Source: Scyliorhinus canicula (lineage: Eukaryota). From it: 64,000 nucleotides of DNA. The stretch's first letter is position 1, and each line of letters opens with the position of its first letter. The translations under genes were made by a program, and so were the position numbers. The notes beneath the pieces were generated by a model. The model worked only from the letters and a program-made list of their open reading frames with translations. It did no database searches and was not told where the DNA came from. Where the stretch lies: positions 1,860,001-1,924,000 of the forward strand of contig NC_052171.1 of assembly GCF_902713615.1 (NCBI RefSeq), read 5' to 3'. Positions 34,355 through 46,600 of the stretch are shown piece by piece.

Positions 34355-35588
34355 CTGGATGGTAAGAATAAAATGTTTTATCTTCTATGTGAGACATCCA
34401 CTTGTTCAGCTTTAGTTAGCTAATAATACTTGACACATTAATGTGGGGTGGCAGGGTACCACACTGCTGCCTTGCTCTATATGGAGTTTTCACTTTCTCC
34501 TCATGTCTGTGTGGGTTTTATCCTGGTTCTCCTGTTTCCTTCCTACAGGGCAGAAGGAGGCCATTCGGCCCATTAGGTCTACTCTGAAGGAGCATCCCAT
34601 CCAGCCCCACCCCCGACCTATTCCCACAATCCCACCCAAACTTTTGAACACTAAGGGGCAATTTATCATGGCCAATCCACCTAACCCGCACATCTTTGGA
34701 CTGTGGGAGGAAACTGGACCACCCAGAGGAAACCCACGCACACACGGGGAGAACATGCAGACTCCGCACAGACAGTGACCCAAGGCTGAAATTTAACCTG
34801 TTTCCCTGGTGCTGTGAGGCAGCAGTGCTAACCACTGTGCCACCGTGCTGCCCAGTTAAGGGGGATAGGGTGGTGGAGAAGGGTGCTCTTTTGGAGGGTT
34901 GGTGCAGACTCGATGGGCTGAATGGCCTCCTTCTGCATTGTAGGGATTCAATGGATTCTGGGTCTACCAAGGGCGAGCACTCTTGGATTTTGTTCCAAAA
35001 GATTGAAATTATACAGTCAAAGTCCCCACAATATTTGATTTTCAGAAAGCCTTATGACAAGACCTGATGTGGAAGACTGTCGTTTAAACTAAAATCAGTT
35101 GGAATCTTAGAAAAAAAATTACCCAATTCTTTGTTTTCCAATTAAGGGACAATATAGCGTGGCCAATCCACCCACCCTGCACATATTTTTTTGGGTTGTG
35201 GGGGGTGAGACCCATGCAGACACGGGGGGAATGTGAAAACTCCACAATCCTACTTTTGTAGTCCTGGAATCCACGTGATAGGGCGGATGTGATAGCACTG
35301 GAAAGGGTACAGTGACACGGGGCTGGGATCAATCCTGGATCCTCAGCACTGTGAGGCAGCAGTGCTAACCACTGCACCACCGTGCTGCCCCTAAATCTAT
35401 TGGAAACGAAGGTAGAATATGGTTCTGGATAGAAATGATGGATAAAACAGAAAATGAAGAACACTGAGCAGTTGTAGATTGAGAGAGTTTGCAGCCCACC
35501 CCACATTTCTCATTCGACACTTTGAGAGAGAGAGAGGGGCTTCTATTTAAATAGAAGTGTATGCAAGAAAACATTGGTATTGACTCAC

Positions 35589-35708
35589 CAATTGCAAATC
35601 CCAAACACAGTGCCACATCACTGATCGCGAAAACACTTCCATACACAGACACATGACGAATGTCCACCAGGTAACCCATTATGGGAAACAGCGAGGAATC
35701 AATCATCC
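35589..35708 (-). CDS. SLC18A1: SLC18A1-like coding exon 13 ([40 protein letters not shown])
   Basis: 120 nt, SLC18 signature LVD.RH.SVYGSV.AI.DVA. Confidence 0.94.
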
Positions 35709-36489
35709 CTGGTCATTTCAAAGAACACACTCAGAATTAAGGCGGAAAAGTGCAGCAACATTTTCCCAGTACAGGATTAGGTTGGAAGCAGCAATCTATT
35801 CAGCTTGATGACAATGGGGGAACCCTTCACTGATAGGAAACGCAAAGTCAACGGCTGCGTGGTTGCTGGGCCGCAGTTGGGCCTGGAAGCCTCTCAACCC
35901 TGAACTGAAAAGCTTTGAGGGGTTGGTCTTTTTTCCAGGACGCTCATGATGGAGAGATCTGGGCCCAGATCAACTCTGTGCCTCTCACCCATTTCATACT
36001 AACATCTTGAAACAGGCTGTGCTAAAATTCATCTTGTATCAATTTGTTCAACATCCAACATCAAAATAGGAGGCTTATTTTGGTGATTAAACTTCTGGAC
36101 ACTGCTCACATTTCAAAAATAAATCCTTCCCCTCATTGTAAACCCCAGCTTAAACCGGAGCAAGCAGCTTTATGACAGGTCTCAGTAACAGGACCATTTT
36201 AAACCAGGACCAGTGTTGAATCCCTTACGACCAAGCAGCTCAGTGTCGCCAACGTGAGCAAACAGTTTAAATTTCACCCTCAGACTTTAGCTCAAGTCTT
36301 AACCCATTATTATTATATTGACACATGCCCTCCCCAAATATGAGATGCCAAATCTCATGTCCCTCACAGAGGGGAATGAGAAATGTGGTTGGTACCTTTG
36401 TTCTGGCTGCACTTCCATCATTAGGTCCAGCCATTAGTGTGAAAGTGTGATGGTCAGGTATGATCATAATGAATGGCTGATCATCCAAC

Positions 36490-36990
36490 TCAATAGCCTA
36501 ATCCCCCATATCCTTTGATCCCCTTCGCCCTAAGTGTGATATCGAACTGCTTCTTGAAACCATACAATGTTTTGGAATCAACTACTTCCTGTGGTAATGA
36601 ATTCCACAGGCTCACCACTCTCTGAATGAAAAATTTCTCCTCATTTTCCATCGGGAATATCCTTCCTGCATCTACCCTTACCAGACGGTTTCTAAGAGAT
36701 CCCCATCATTCTTCTGAACTCCAACGCATGCAATCCCAACCGGTTCAATTTCTCCTGGTATGTCAGTCCCGCCATCCCTGGAATCAGCCTGGTAAACATT
36801 CGCTGCCCTCCCTCCATAGCTAGAACATCCTTCCTCAGATAAGGAGACCAAAACTGCACACAATAGTCCAGATGTGGCCTCACCAACACCCTGTATAATA
36901 GTAGCAAGACAACCCTGCTCCTGTACTTGAATTCTCTCGTTATGAAAGCCGACACACTATTAGCCTTCATTACCGCCTGCTGTACCTAGC
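36490..36990 (-). mobile_element. CR1-like LINE ORF2 fragment
   Basis: LYRVLVRPHLDYCVQFWSPYLRKD...QR.FTRLIPG motif. Confidence 0.85.
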
Positions 36991-38147
36991 CCCACTCCCC
37001 ATCACCCTTGGGCTCGTTGACCTACTTTGGCTCCCCATCAAGCATCACCTTGATTTTCAAACTGATCTTTGTTTTCAAAACCCTTCATCCCTCTCTCTTT
37101 CAGCCTCATACCCTTCTGGCTCTTTCTGTAGCCCCAATTTTAATTGTCCATCAGGTAATATTTCCAATGCTTTCAGTTTATATTTCAGATTTCCAGCATC
37201 TGCAATATTTCCTTGGAATTTAATTGGTCCACCATGTGTGATCGCACCTTCAGTTTGTACTGTAGTGCTGTGTCTGGAATTTCCTCCCTCCAACCTCTCC
37301 GCCTCACTACCTTGCTTTCCTCCCTATTAGACGCTCCGATTAAACCGACATCTTCAACTAAGCTTTTTGTCATCTGACTTAATGGGTGAAATTCTCCACC
37401 TCACTGTACTGCGCACCACGATTGGGCAGAGAATCAGGTGTCTGGCCAAAATTGAGGTTTGCGCCTAGTGCTGATTCAGGCCTCATGCTCTTGTCCCTAT
37501 CCGACGGTGGGTGGGTAGATTGGGGGGGGGGGGGGAACGACTTACAGGCTCCTGGCTGTTCACACTGCTGAGTGCTGCCTGTGTCCTTTAATACTCAGGA
37601 GGCCTCTGGTCATTTGGGAGTCACCGGCCGCCCCTCTGCACACCGATATAGCACAGCTGTATCATCAAGGGACAAGCTCCATCAGCAGTCCACCACGTGT
37701 TGGTGCTCCTCAGAAGCGCTGTCCCAATGCAGAGGGAGCAGAGGATCAGCAGGGCTCACCCCAACCAGAGAACACTTCCACCGCAGCCTTTGGAACCCTC
37801 CCTGGTTCTCTGCCCCTCTCAGGGCAGATCACTCCCCAGCTCTGGTAACCTAACGTCCTCTTAACTGCATTTGTTCGATTCAAGTTCCACATTCTCACTA
37901 CTCTCCGGGTGAAGCAATTGTTCCAGAATTTCCTGTCTGATTTTTTTTCTCGTGACTGTCTTATGTTCTTGGCCTCCACAAGTCAATAACCTTTTGTAAT
38001 TTTGAAGGCTGCCTTGGGTCACCTCTCAGCTTTCACCTTTCGAGAGGAGAGAGAGCCTGTTGAGCCCTTTATGATACTTTTAATATTTAAATGCAAGGGA
38101 TGCGATTTTTCTAATTCGGTAAATAGCTGTCATCGGTCAGGCTGAGA

Positions 38148-38273
38148 AGTGATGTGGAGATGCCGGCGTTGGACTGGGGTGAGCCCAGTAAGAAGTCTTA
38201 CAACACCAGGTTAAAGTCCAACAGGTTTGTTTCAAACACTAGCTTTCGGAGCACTGCTCCTTCCTCAGGTGAA
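38148..38273 (-). mobile_element. Penelope-like element terminus carrying a minimal hammerhead ribozyme
   Basis: Short repeat-like end sequence containing a hammerhead core. The Penelope assignment is inferred from the known association of minimal hammerheads with these elements. Confidence 0.65.
38237..38273 (-). ncRNA. Minimal type I hammerhead ribozyme core
   Basis: CAC-CUGAGGA-A-GGAGC-AGU-GCUCC-GAAA-GCUA-GUG: both catalytic boxes, a perfect 5-bp stem II and a palindromic mini stem III. Confidence 0.7.
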
Positions 38274-38368
38274 TCTGTGAATCAGGATGAGAAGTGGTTG
38301 AAGTATCACTGGCCCTGCCTCCTGTCTGACCAAAGGTACAGATATCGTCACGTTGGAATGCTACTAAC

Positions 38369-38432
38369 CTATTGAAATGCCTGTTCCGACCATGGGGAAA
38401 ATCAGGTAATAAATGTTCGTTGCCAGAGGAAC
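38369..38432 (-). CDS. SLC18A1: SLC18A1-like coding exon 12 (VPLATNIYYLIFPMVGTGISI)
   Basis: 64 nt, AG/GT, in phase, VPLA.NI..LI.P..G.G..I pattern. Confidence 0.88.
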
Positions 38433-38535
38433 CTAAGGCACAAATGATATTGGATTCAGAAAAACACTTAACAGAGCTGAAAATTGTACAAAATGTCAAG
38501 TAAACCATGCTTTAAATTGAAGCTGAGTCCCTCAC

Positions 38536-38587
38536 AGTGATCAAGCTGATCGCCAAAAGCACCATTCCAATCAAGGAACACAGCCAC
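38536..38587 (-). CDS. SLC18A1: SLC18A1-like coding exon 11 (WLCSLIGMVLLAISLIT)
   Basis: 52 nt, WLCSLIGM as in VMAT1. Confidence 0.92.
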
Positions 38588-39837
38588 CTGCGGGCACAGA
38601 GAGAAGTCTTTCAATAAATGTGCACACAGATGCTAACCATTATGGGAGTGTATTTGAAACCTGGTTAATCAACACTTGCTTGAAGAATAACATTTTTAAA
38701 ATTAAATTTTTCCAATTGAGGGGCAATTTAACGGGGTTCCGTGTGGCAGTGCTAACCACTGCGCACCCCGCTGCCCAAAGAATAACATAATCAAGATCCC
38801 GGTGTTCCTTCAATCCTGCACTCTGCTGCACCCACAGTTTTGATTACAGCATCCTTACCAACTCTGCCTGAAACTACCCGGACACTGAACTCTGCTATTT
38901 CTTCTGGAAACTTCTCTTTGCCTCAACCTCTTTGTCCTCCTCTAACGCACTCCTCAAAAGCTACCACTTGGAGCACTTTTATCCTCATCACTCCTTATGC
39001 TGCTTGCTGTCAAATTTGTCATATACTGTTGCTGAGAGATATCTTGGAATGTTTTCCTATATTTTTGGTGTTATATAAGTGCAAGTTGTTATTGTTGAAG
39101 ATGTTTTTCTGTCTCCTACCTTTCTTGAATAGTGGCGTTACATTTCCAGTTTTCCGATCCGCTGGGACCTTTCCAGAATCAAGGAATTTAAAACAAAATA
39201 CATTTAGAGTACCCAATTCATTTTTTTCCAATTAAGGGGTAATTTAGAGTGGCCAAGCCACCTACCCTGTACATCTTTGGGTTGTGGGGGCGAAACCCAC
39301 GCAGACACGGGGAGAATGTGCAAACTCCACACGGACAGTGACCCAGAGCCGGGATCTAACTTGGGACCTCAGTGCCGTGAGGCAGCAGGGCTAACCACTG
39401 TGCTGCCATAAAATTAAGGAAATTTTGACAGATTACAACTAAGACATCCACTATCTCTGCAGCCACTTCTTGAGACCTGATGATACTGGCCATCAGACTG
39501 TAGGAAGTTGTCAGTCTTGAAGTTCCTGCCATTTCCTTAATTCCCATCAATAATTCTCCAGTCTCATCCTCGAAGAGACCAACATTTGCCCGAGCCACCC
39601 ACTTCCCTTTTAGATTCTCATAGAAGCCTTTCTTCTATGTCCTCATTATTTCTTGACATATACTCTGTCAACAGTCTTGCCACAGTTGGAGATCCTATAA
39701 AATACCCGTACCAGTGACTACTTCCCCTTGCTGTTTGGCTTCTGTGCCTTGGTCTTCTGAGCCAAGATAATTCCTCATTACTTGTACTGATTTGACCCTT
39801 TATTAACAGAGCTACACCACCACATTTTGAAACATCA

Positions 39838-40744
39838 CAAGCGGGTTTCCCCGGTCTCCGACTATAAAATCGCGTTCGGCAATCAGCCGGAGAATCCGCA
39901 TTTGCGGTAAAATCAGGAGTGGTGCCGCTTTCGCGATGCTCCGCCCCCTCCAAAGCGGCGTACTCTCAGAATACACTGTACACCATATCGGCGGCCACAG
40001 GACATTACCTGAGGCCCACCCCAGGCCGAGTTCCCGACAGCGTCATTCGCGTGTACCATTTTTTTGTCGGGAACTGCGGACTCAGTCAGGGAGAGCCGAT
40101 GCGCGGGCGGGGGGGACTTTGGCAGGGACTGGGGCACTGTTGCAGGGTGGTCCGGGATGGTGAGCCTGGCCAAAGAGGGGTAATATTTGGCAGGCCGGGT
40201 CCGCGTGCGCTAGTCAGGAGCCGTTGTCAGTGGCCCCACCGGCGATTCTCCGGCCCCGATGGGCCGAGTGGTCGACGTGTTTGGCCTATTTCCGCCGGCG
40301 TGGATTACTCACCTCACACACGCCAGGACCTGGAAGGTAAGTGTGTGGGGGCCTTCCTGGGGGGGGGGGATCTGACCCCGCAACCCCCGCGGTGGCCTGA
40401 CACGCGATCGGGGCCTACCTCGGCGGGCGGGCTGGTTCCGTGGGGGCCTACTTTACTTCACGCCGGGCCCCTGTAGGATTCTGCCATATTGCCCAGGGGC
40501 CAGCGCAGAGAATGGAACCCCCGCGCATGCGCAGAAATACGCTGGACATTCTGTACATGCGCAGAAATACGCCCGCCGTTCTGAGCATGCTGCCAGCTGG
40601 AGCTGAAGGAACCACTCCGGCGTCAAACTAGTCCCCTGGAAGGGGAAGAATTCCTCACTTTCGGGGGCCGTTGACGCACGAGTGGTTGGTGCCAGCTTTC
40701 ACACCGGCATGGGAACATATCCCCATTATTGGAGAATCCCGCCC
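39838..40744. mobile_element. GC-rich non-autonomous Harbinger-type MITE
   Basis: Right end GGAGAATCCCGCCC. Same end family as 41693-42230, 50660-50876, ~51830-52235 and 54126-54669. Confidence 0.65.
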
Positions 40745-41692
40745 TATATTTGTATTTTATGTATTCTGTGCTACCAATTCATCTGTCTCGTTACAAATGC
40801 TGCACACAGATGAAGAACCTTTAAGCCTGTACTTATACTAATTTCCCCTCCTGACCCTATTTGCTGGTTAAATTTCCCATATCAGCCTCCCCGAACAGGC
40901 GCCGGAATGTGGCGACTTGGGGCTTTTCACAGTAACTTCATTGAAGACTACTTGTGACAATAAGTGATTATTATTATATGCACTGTTCATTCCTGTCACA
41001 CTATGGTTATTATTACCCATATCGTTACCCTGCATTATGACCTTGTCCTTTCTCATTAACTTTCTAAACTTCCCCTCACCTGAACTATTTTGTTTAAAAC
41101 CTGACGTATTTTATTTGCTAGAACACTGGTCACATCACAGTTCAAATGAAGTCCGTCCCAGTTGAACAGATCCGTGTTTCCCCAGTCCTGGCTCCAGAGC
41201 CCCGTGAATTGAACCCCAGTCCTCCCACAATAATCTTTGAGCTGCGCATTAAACTCTCCGATCTTATTTACCCTTATTTACTCAACGCCAATTTTCTCAT
41301 GGCCCAGGGAGTAGTTCACAGGTTGTTGCCATTGTAGTTCTGCTTTTTACTTCAACCCCTTGCTGTTCACATCCTGCTCGTGCACCACAGCGATGTGATC
41401 ACTTTGCTCATCTTCCCAGCTAAGTCTGAAGCTCAGGTCCCAGCTCATTAACACTGATCCTAAGTTCCTCATGTGCGGATACTGCAGATGTAGTTGCTGT
41501 CCAGCTAGTTCTCGCATAATACCGCTGCGACGCATCATCTGCCCTGTCATCTGTATTGTATTCTATCTATTAATTAGGGTTTCAAGTTTATATCCTTGGT
41601 CCTAGTTTAAACAACTGCCCCAGTTTGGAGAAAAAAAATTGTATCTCACCTGCCAACGTCTCAATCATTTTATTGATGACTTAAGATCTCAG

Positions 41693-42230
41693 TGGCTGGA
41701 TTCTCCGATTTTCAGGCAATGTGGGAACGGTGGGCTTTTCCGACTGAACATCTGGCGCAAAATGGCCACCGATCCTCCGTTTGGCTGGGGGCTAGCAGGA
41801 AGGCAGCGTCGAGCATCCGGCTCTTGCTGCCGATAGGGCATGGAGAATTGTCGCGTCTCTGTGGCTGTGCATGTGCATGGCGGCGGCCTGCAAAAGAGTG
41901 CCCCCCCCCCTCTTTGGTCGGCTCAAGAGCCCCGGACAACAGTGCCCCCAGCTCCTGCCAAAGTTCCCCTGCCCGCGGATCGGTCCCCCTCCCAACTGAG
42001 TCCGCAGCCGCCACGGCGAGTTCACGACAGGTAATACCATGAGAGATCCGTACCGTCGGGAACTCGGCCGGTAGGGAATGGAACATTGAGGGGTGGGCCT
42101 CAGAGTACGTCGCTTTGGAGGGCGAGGAGCATTGCGAAAGGGGCGCCGTCCCCGATTTTGTCGGAAACGGGAATTCTCCGGCCGATCGCCAAACGCGATT
42201 TTGGCGTCGCCGACTGGAGAATCCGACCCC
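41693..42230. mobile_element. GC-rich Harbinger-type MITE
   Basis: Ends GGCTGGATTCTCC and GGAGAATCCGACCC form imperfect TIRs. Confidence 0.7.
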
Positions 42231-42359
42231 AGATCTCTCTGCCTGTCTTGGATTGTTCCTTGCCTTGTAAAAAATCCGAACAGCACCTCTTCTCCTCACT
42301 GCCACAAATTCCCTGACTCATCAAATTGCTCAGTTAAGTATTCTTTTGACGCTCTACTC

Positions 42360-42742
42360 CAGGGGTGGGCAAACTACGGCCCGCGGGCCGCATGCGGCCC
42401 GCCAAAGGTATTTCTGCGGCCCACCAAGTCATTAAAAAAAAAAAATTAAAAAAAAATTTTTTTTTTTTTTTTTTTTAAATTTTTTTTAAGGTTAATGGGG
42501 GGGGGCTGTTGGGTTACTTACTGGTATAGGGTGGATATGTTGACTTGAGTTGGGTGATCATTGCTCGGCACAACGTCGAGGGCCGAAGGGCCTGTTCTGT
42601 GCTGTACTGTTCTATGTTCTATATGAGGCGCCCAGAATCATAACCGGGTGAAGTAATTATTTTACTTAATATACTATGCGGCCCTTTGTGAATTGTGAAT
42701 TTCTGAATGTGGCCCTTGCACGGAAAAGTTTGCCCACCCCTG
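42360..42742. mobile_element. hAT (Charlie-type) non-autonomous element
   Basis: Perfect TIR CAGGGGTGGGCAAACT / AGTTTGCCCACCCCTG; perfect 8-bp TSD CTCTACTC. Confidence 0.93.
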
Positions 42743-42897
42743 CTCTACTCCATCAACCTACATTCTTTCTGCCGCCTACGAGCTATAGCTTCACACGTTG
42801 TTTCTGAACCTTACCCGAAAGATATGTGAAAACACCCTTTCACCACAGTCTTTAATTCTGTTCCTTCCAAGAGTAAATATATTCAGTATTTTATCCG

Positions 42898-43243
42898 GGC
42901 AGCATGGTAGCATGGTGGATAGCACAATTGTTTCACAGCTCCAGGGTTCCAGGTTCGATTCCCGGCTTGGGTCACTGTCTGTGTGGAGTCTGCACATCCT
43001 CCCCGTGTGTGCGTGGGTTTCCTCCGGGTGCTCCGGTTTCCACCCACAGTCCAAAGATGTGCAGGTTAGGTGGATTGGCCATGATAAATTGCCCTCAGTG
43101 TCCAAAATTGCCCTTAGTGTTGAGTGGGGTTACTGGGTTCTGGGGATAGGGTGGAGGTGTGGGCTTGGGTAGGTTGCTCTTTCCAGGAGCCGGTGCAGAC
43201 TTGATGGGCCGAATGGCCTCCTTCTGCACTGTAAATTCTATGA
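42898..43243 (+). mobile_element. HE1-type SINE (long form, CR1 tail)
   Basis: Near-identical to 52625-52970; related minus-strand copies at 34545-34855, 58175-58460 and 60350-60662. Confidence 0.85.
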
Positions 43244-43977
43244 AATCTCTGAAATCTGTCAGTGAGCAGTACCATACTTTTCTAAATTAAACTTCACCTG
43301 CCAAACCGGAGCCCATTTATCTCACAGATAAAGATCAGCTTGTCATTTTCAAGCATCTTTTATGGTTCAAATTCTCAGTATCATCCACAAACTTATGGAT
43401 CATTCCCCAAACATCTTAGATTATCAATAAAATCAACAAACAGAAAGATTCCCAGCGCAAGAGACAGGTCTGGTCACTGGTATTCAAGCAGATCCTGATC
43501 AACTGCGACTTTCTGCTTGCATACATTCAGCCAACTCTCAATCCACCGCAATGGATTGCCATTAATTGAACAAGGCTCCCTCTCTGAACAAGGCTCTTGC
43601 GAGGTTCGACCGAAGCTGCCTCATGCAAGATGTCTGTTTTTGCCGCATTTCTTCAGCTCTGGGTCGCATCTCCTAATTTCTTCCCTAGCTCTGAATCTAT
43701 TTCCCTTTTGGAATGGTTATTTGCGTTAAAAGCTGTTGAATAACTGTAGGTTGCTGGTTGTTGCAGTGAACCTGAAGGCAGAGAGTCAGTCACATTGGTG
43801 TGTGACAGAGGTCAGACAAAGCAGGCATTCTGGTGCCAACTTTGGTAACTTCATCTAATGTGGGTGTAAATCTTATAGGAGTTATCTTATGTTTTTGTTT
43901 CTTAAATATCACACTGTAAAGAATTATTGAGTTTTGACTGTGGGCTGGTTGATTACCATCTCCCACATTGCTCCTAC

Positions 43978-44056
43978 CTTCCGAGTTTGTTGGCAACAAT
44001 ACCAAAGATATTTGTGCACAGCAGGTAGCTAATAGTTGATGGCAGGAAGGCCAAAC
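43978..44056 (-). CDS. SLC18A1: SLC18A1-like coding exon 10 (GLAFLPSTISYLLCTNIFGIVANKLGR)
   Basis: 79 nt, TM8 motif, AG/GT. Confidence 0.93.
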
Positions 44057-44163
44057 CTACCAGAAGAGAACAGACAGCAGGTAAGGAAACAAGGGAGCAA
44101 GCTGACTGTGCCTCAGTCTCACACAGACACAATGGTTATAACTTGATGATTGTATTAACATAC

Positions 44164-44259
44164 CCAGGTACAGTTGAGGAACACACATAGTCTTTAACAT
44201 CCACAGGGGCAGTGCCTGCTCCAGCATAGCGACGGCCATATTTGCAAAGCACAGGCTCC
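44164..44259 (-). CDS. SLC18A1: SLC18A1-like coding exon 9 (GSLCFANMAVAMLEQALPLWMLKTMCVPQLYL)
   Basis: 96 nt, TM7 motif CFANM..AMLE.ALP.WM. Confidence 0.93.
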
Positions 44260-45289
44260 CTTGAAAGAAATAATATTCCCACCTATTAATTCGTACATAG
44301 ACTGACCTAAAATGCTTATTTGAGTTACTCTGTATTCCTTTCTTACTTAAAAAAAAAAGCCATTCCTGGTACATGGGAGTCACGAGAAAGGCCAGCTCTT
44401 AGTGTGCACCCGTTGATACTCTGAGATGGTGCAGGTGGACCCTCTGCTTGAACGTCTACTGGGAGGGCAGTTAAAAGTCAGCAGCATTGGTCACCTTCAG
44501 ACTAGACCAGTTAAGGGCACAAGGTCTCCTTCTCTCAAGGTAACAGTGAACCAGTCAGATTTTTAAGACAACCTGCCAGTTTTTTGTGTCCATTTGAACC
44601 AACACTCTTTGGATTAGTCGTTCCAGTAGCATTGACCACTGGACAATCATACACTTTACTTGATCAATTCTGTTGTGCCACATTCTCTGAAACTTCCTTG
44701 AAGGACAAACCTTCAGTGGGGAGTTGGTGGCTTACTGGTAACATCATTGGACTTGTAAACCAGAGGCCCAGACTAATGCTCTGGGCACATGGGTTCAAAT
44801 CCCACCACTGCAGCTGGTGGAATCTGAAATCAATTAATAAATCTGGATTTGAAAGCTAGTCTGCGGACGACACAAAGGTAACTACGAAACTAAAAGTATC
44901 TGGTTCAGTAATGCCTTTGGGGAGGAAAATCTGCCGTCCTTACTCGGTCTGGCCTACATGTGACCCCAGACCCACACCAGTGTGGTTAACTCTTTAACTG
45001 CCCTCCGAAATAGCCCAGCAAGTCACTCAGTTCAAGGGTGATTAGGGATGGCAATGCTAACGTCCCGTGAAAGAATAGATTTGAAAATGCACATGGTCTG
45101 AGGCACAGATATAAAAAACCCCCTTACTGCCTTACAAACTCATGAATATTTGTGATATGTTAGCCAATGAGGGATTATGCAGAGCATCTTCAAAACCAAG
45201 CTCCCCAATACACAATTGACAGTCAAGCAAATATTTGTCGTAACTCTGAAGATGACATCAACTCCGCCTGATATAATGTACTCGCTTAC

Positions 45290-45350
45290 CGGCAACGACC
45301 AAAATGTAGGGGTCTCGTAACAGTTCAAGTAGGGATGCTCCTTTCTGACA
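45290..45350 (-). CDS. SLC18A1: SLC18A1-like coding exon 8 (CQKGASLLELLRDPYILVVA)
   Basis: 61 nt, LL.DPYIL motif, AG/GT. Confidence 0.92.
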
Positions 45351-45624
45351 CTGTAACCAAATTAAAAGAGGCAGTAGTGAGGCAAGCTGCCAAAAAGTCC
45401 TTAGGCCATTGAAGAAATTCAGCATGAGGGGCAAGTTTGAATTCTGATAAATGAGACCCAGGTGCCAATGTAGTTAATTGTTTACAATGAAAAACAAACA
45501 TTAAGAGGTGACAGCAAGTCCGAAGGCTGAAATAATGGATTTCTTGTTGAAATCATAAAAGTATCTTTCAATGAAACTGTTAATCAGTTCTAAAATAGAA
45601 TTGGATGAATATAAATGATTTGGA

Positions 45625-46600
45625 GGAAAATGTGACTGGTCTGATTCACATGTTTGCGGACGACACAAAGGTTAGTGGAATTGCGGATAGCGAGGACTGT
45701 CAAAAGGATCCAGCAGGATATTGATCGGTTGGAGACTTGGGCGGAGAGATGGCAGATGGAGTTTAATCCGGACAAATGTGAGGAAATGAATTTTGGAAGG
45801 TCTAATGCAGGTGGGAAATATACAGTAAATGGCCGAACCCTTAAGAGTATTGACAGGTAGAGGGATCTGGGTGTAAAGGTCCACAGGTCATTGAAAGTGG
45901 CAACGCATGTGGGGAAGGTAGTCAAGAAGGCATAGGGCATATTTTCATCATCGGCTGGGGTACCGAGTATATAAATTGTCAAGTCATGATGCAGCTCTAT
46001 AGAACCTTAGTTGGGCAAAAAATTGAACTATAGTGTTCAATTCTGGTTGCCACACTATCAGAAGGATGTGGAGGTTTTAAAGAAGAGGTTTACCAGGATG
46101 TTGCCTGGGATGGAAGGCATTATCTATGAGGAGAGGTTGGATAAACTCGGTTTGTTCTCACTGGAACGATGGAGGTTGAGGTTGAACCTGATAGAAGTCT
46201 ACAAAATTATGAGGGGCTTGGACAGAGTGGATAGTCAGAACCATTTTCCCAGGGTGGAAGAGTCAATTACTAAGGGATATAGGTTGAAGGTGCGAGGGGC
46301 AAAGTTTAGAGAAGATGTGCAAGGGAAGTTTTTTTACACAGAGAGTAGTGGATGCATGGAACTTGCAGCCGGAGGAATTGGTGAAAGCAGGGACGATAGA
46401 TGTTTAAGGGGTGTCTTGACAAATACATGAATAGGATGGGAAAGGAGGGATACGGACCCAGGAAGTGTAGAAGATTTTAGTAGAGGGATACGGACCCCGA
46501 AAGTATAGAATGTTTTCGGTTAGATGGGCAGCATGGTGGGCGCAGGCTTGGAGGACTGAAGGGCCTGTACCAGTGCTGTACTTGTCTTTGTTCTTTGACC
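45625..46600 (+). mobile_element. CR1/HER1-like LINE 3' portion (RT C-terminus plus tail)
   Basis: FADDTK, IQQDIDRL..WAERWQMEFNPDKC and YSVQFW.PHY.KD motifs. Confidence 0.9.

Noticed and set aside
39838-42330. CpG-rich segments with many 60-200 aa ORFs, suggesting nested genes or CpG islands
   Set aside because: They are bounded by Harbinger-type MITE ends, recur in the window and show no recognisable protein similarity.
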